This document shows positions 63,667 to 64,000 of a DNA stretch of 64,000 nucleotides, piece after piece. Below the pieces are notes generated by a model. It made no database searches and was not told the DNA's origin. It saw nothing but the letters and a program-made list of their open reading frames with translations. The translations under genes were made by a program, and so were the position numbers. Source of the DNA: an uncultured Candidatus Saccharibacteria bacterium (GTDB lineage: Bacteria > Patescibacteriota > Saccharimonadia > Saccharimonadales > UBA10212); the NCBI GenBank assembly GCA_964448095.1, contig CAYUUT010000005.1:3306-67305 (forward strand), given 5' to 3'. Position 1 is the first letter of the stretch. Each line of letters begins with the position of its first letter.

Positions 63667-63930
63667 CTATTTAACAGTTGCCAGAATATCTTCTTCTTTG
63701 ACCAAGATATATTCTTTATTATCGATTTTTACCTCTGTTGTGCTGTAGCTCTTGTAGACAATGCGGTCGCCAACTTTAATCTCTTTAACTTTAGCGCCGA
63801 CTTTCATAACTTTGGCAATTTTTGGTTTTTCGGCCGCCTTATCTGGTAAGTACAGACCAGATGCGGTTTTAGTCGCGGCTTCTTCTTGTTCGGCCACTAC
63901 CCAGTCAGCCAATGGATTCAATACAGACAT
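63667..63930 (-). CDS. groS: co-chaperonin GroES
   Basis: 87 aa. LNPLADWVVAEQEE..TASGLYLPD...GDRIVYKSY. Confidence 0.95.
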   Translation of the reverse strand: MSVLNPLADWVVAEQEEAATKTASGLYLPDKAAEKPKIAKVMKVGAKVKEIKVGDRIVYKSYSTTEVKIDNKEYILVKEEDILATVK

Positions 63931-63956
63931 TCAACTCCTCCAATTAGAACTTGTTT

Positions 63957-63983
63957 CTAGCACTCATAATAGCTGAGTGCCAG
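63957..63983. promoter_or_regulatory. CIRCE (HrcA operator) upstream of groES-groEL
   Basis: CTAGCACTC-N9-GAGTGCCAG versus the consensus TTAGCACTC-N9-GAGTGCTAA. It overlaps a TTGACA-18nt-TATTAT promoter on the minus strand (63966..63995). Confidence 0.8.
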
Positions 63984-64000
63984 TGTAGCTGTCAATTACC

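Noticed and set aside
1-64000. Search for CRISPR arrays, transposases, integrases, rRNA genes, alternative genetic code (UGA recoding), and T-box or purine-type riboswitches
   Set aside because: I saw no regularly spaced repeats or recombinase-like ORFs. TGA terminates well-supported genes such as mutM, so the standard code applies. The leaders of purE and argS lack the conserved purine-riboswitch or T-box sequences I know.

Overview
Gene-dense 64 kb chromosomal segment: about 70 protein genes, mostly on the minus strand, and one tRNA. I saw no rRNA, CRISPR array, transposase or integrase. GC looks intermediate by eye. The standard code applies, since TGA, TAA and TAG all end well-supported genes. 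Housekeeping content: rpsF-ssb-rpsR, efp, ftsK, a long purine operon (purE-purC, then purB-purN-purS/L-purQ-purM, with divergent purH), rnj, family-4 UDG, pnp, rpsO, truB, rpsT, holA, mutM, polA, rpoD, dnaG, msrB, mscL, argS, pgi and groES-groEL with a CIRCE operator. There are also secreted or surface proteins (SGNH hydrolase, LysM protein, pilin-like protein, LPxTG-like protein) and a small redox/ArsR cluster next to tRNA-Ser. Short proteins, tight gene overlaps, many apparently leaderless promoters and these surface proteins suggest a reduced Gram-positive-like or CPR (Saccharibacteria-like) genome; that is inference only. Main second-look items: (1) four short GC-rich patches in an otherwise moderate-GC backbone, the largest a purE-purC cassette bracketed by copies of the native purB/purH intergenic sequence; (2) a ykkC-family riboswitch-like motif upstream of purH; (3) a single-gene insertion bracketed by 80-nt direct repeats derived from the rnj 3' end; (4) a 75-nt palindromic intergenic element in two copies with compensatory stem changes and outward-facing TATAAT boxes; (5) purL interrupted by one in-frame TAA and fused to tandem PurS-like domains; (6) a structured element downstream of tRNA-Ser that repeats the tRNA 3' end; (7) two orphan proteins sharing a PD-(D/E)xK-like motif; (8) loss of metal-ligand residues in DnaG, UDG and Fpg. 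All family calls come from motifs read by eye; no database search was possible.
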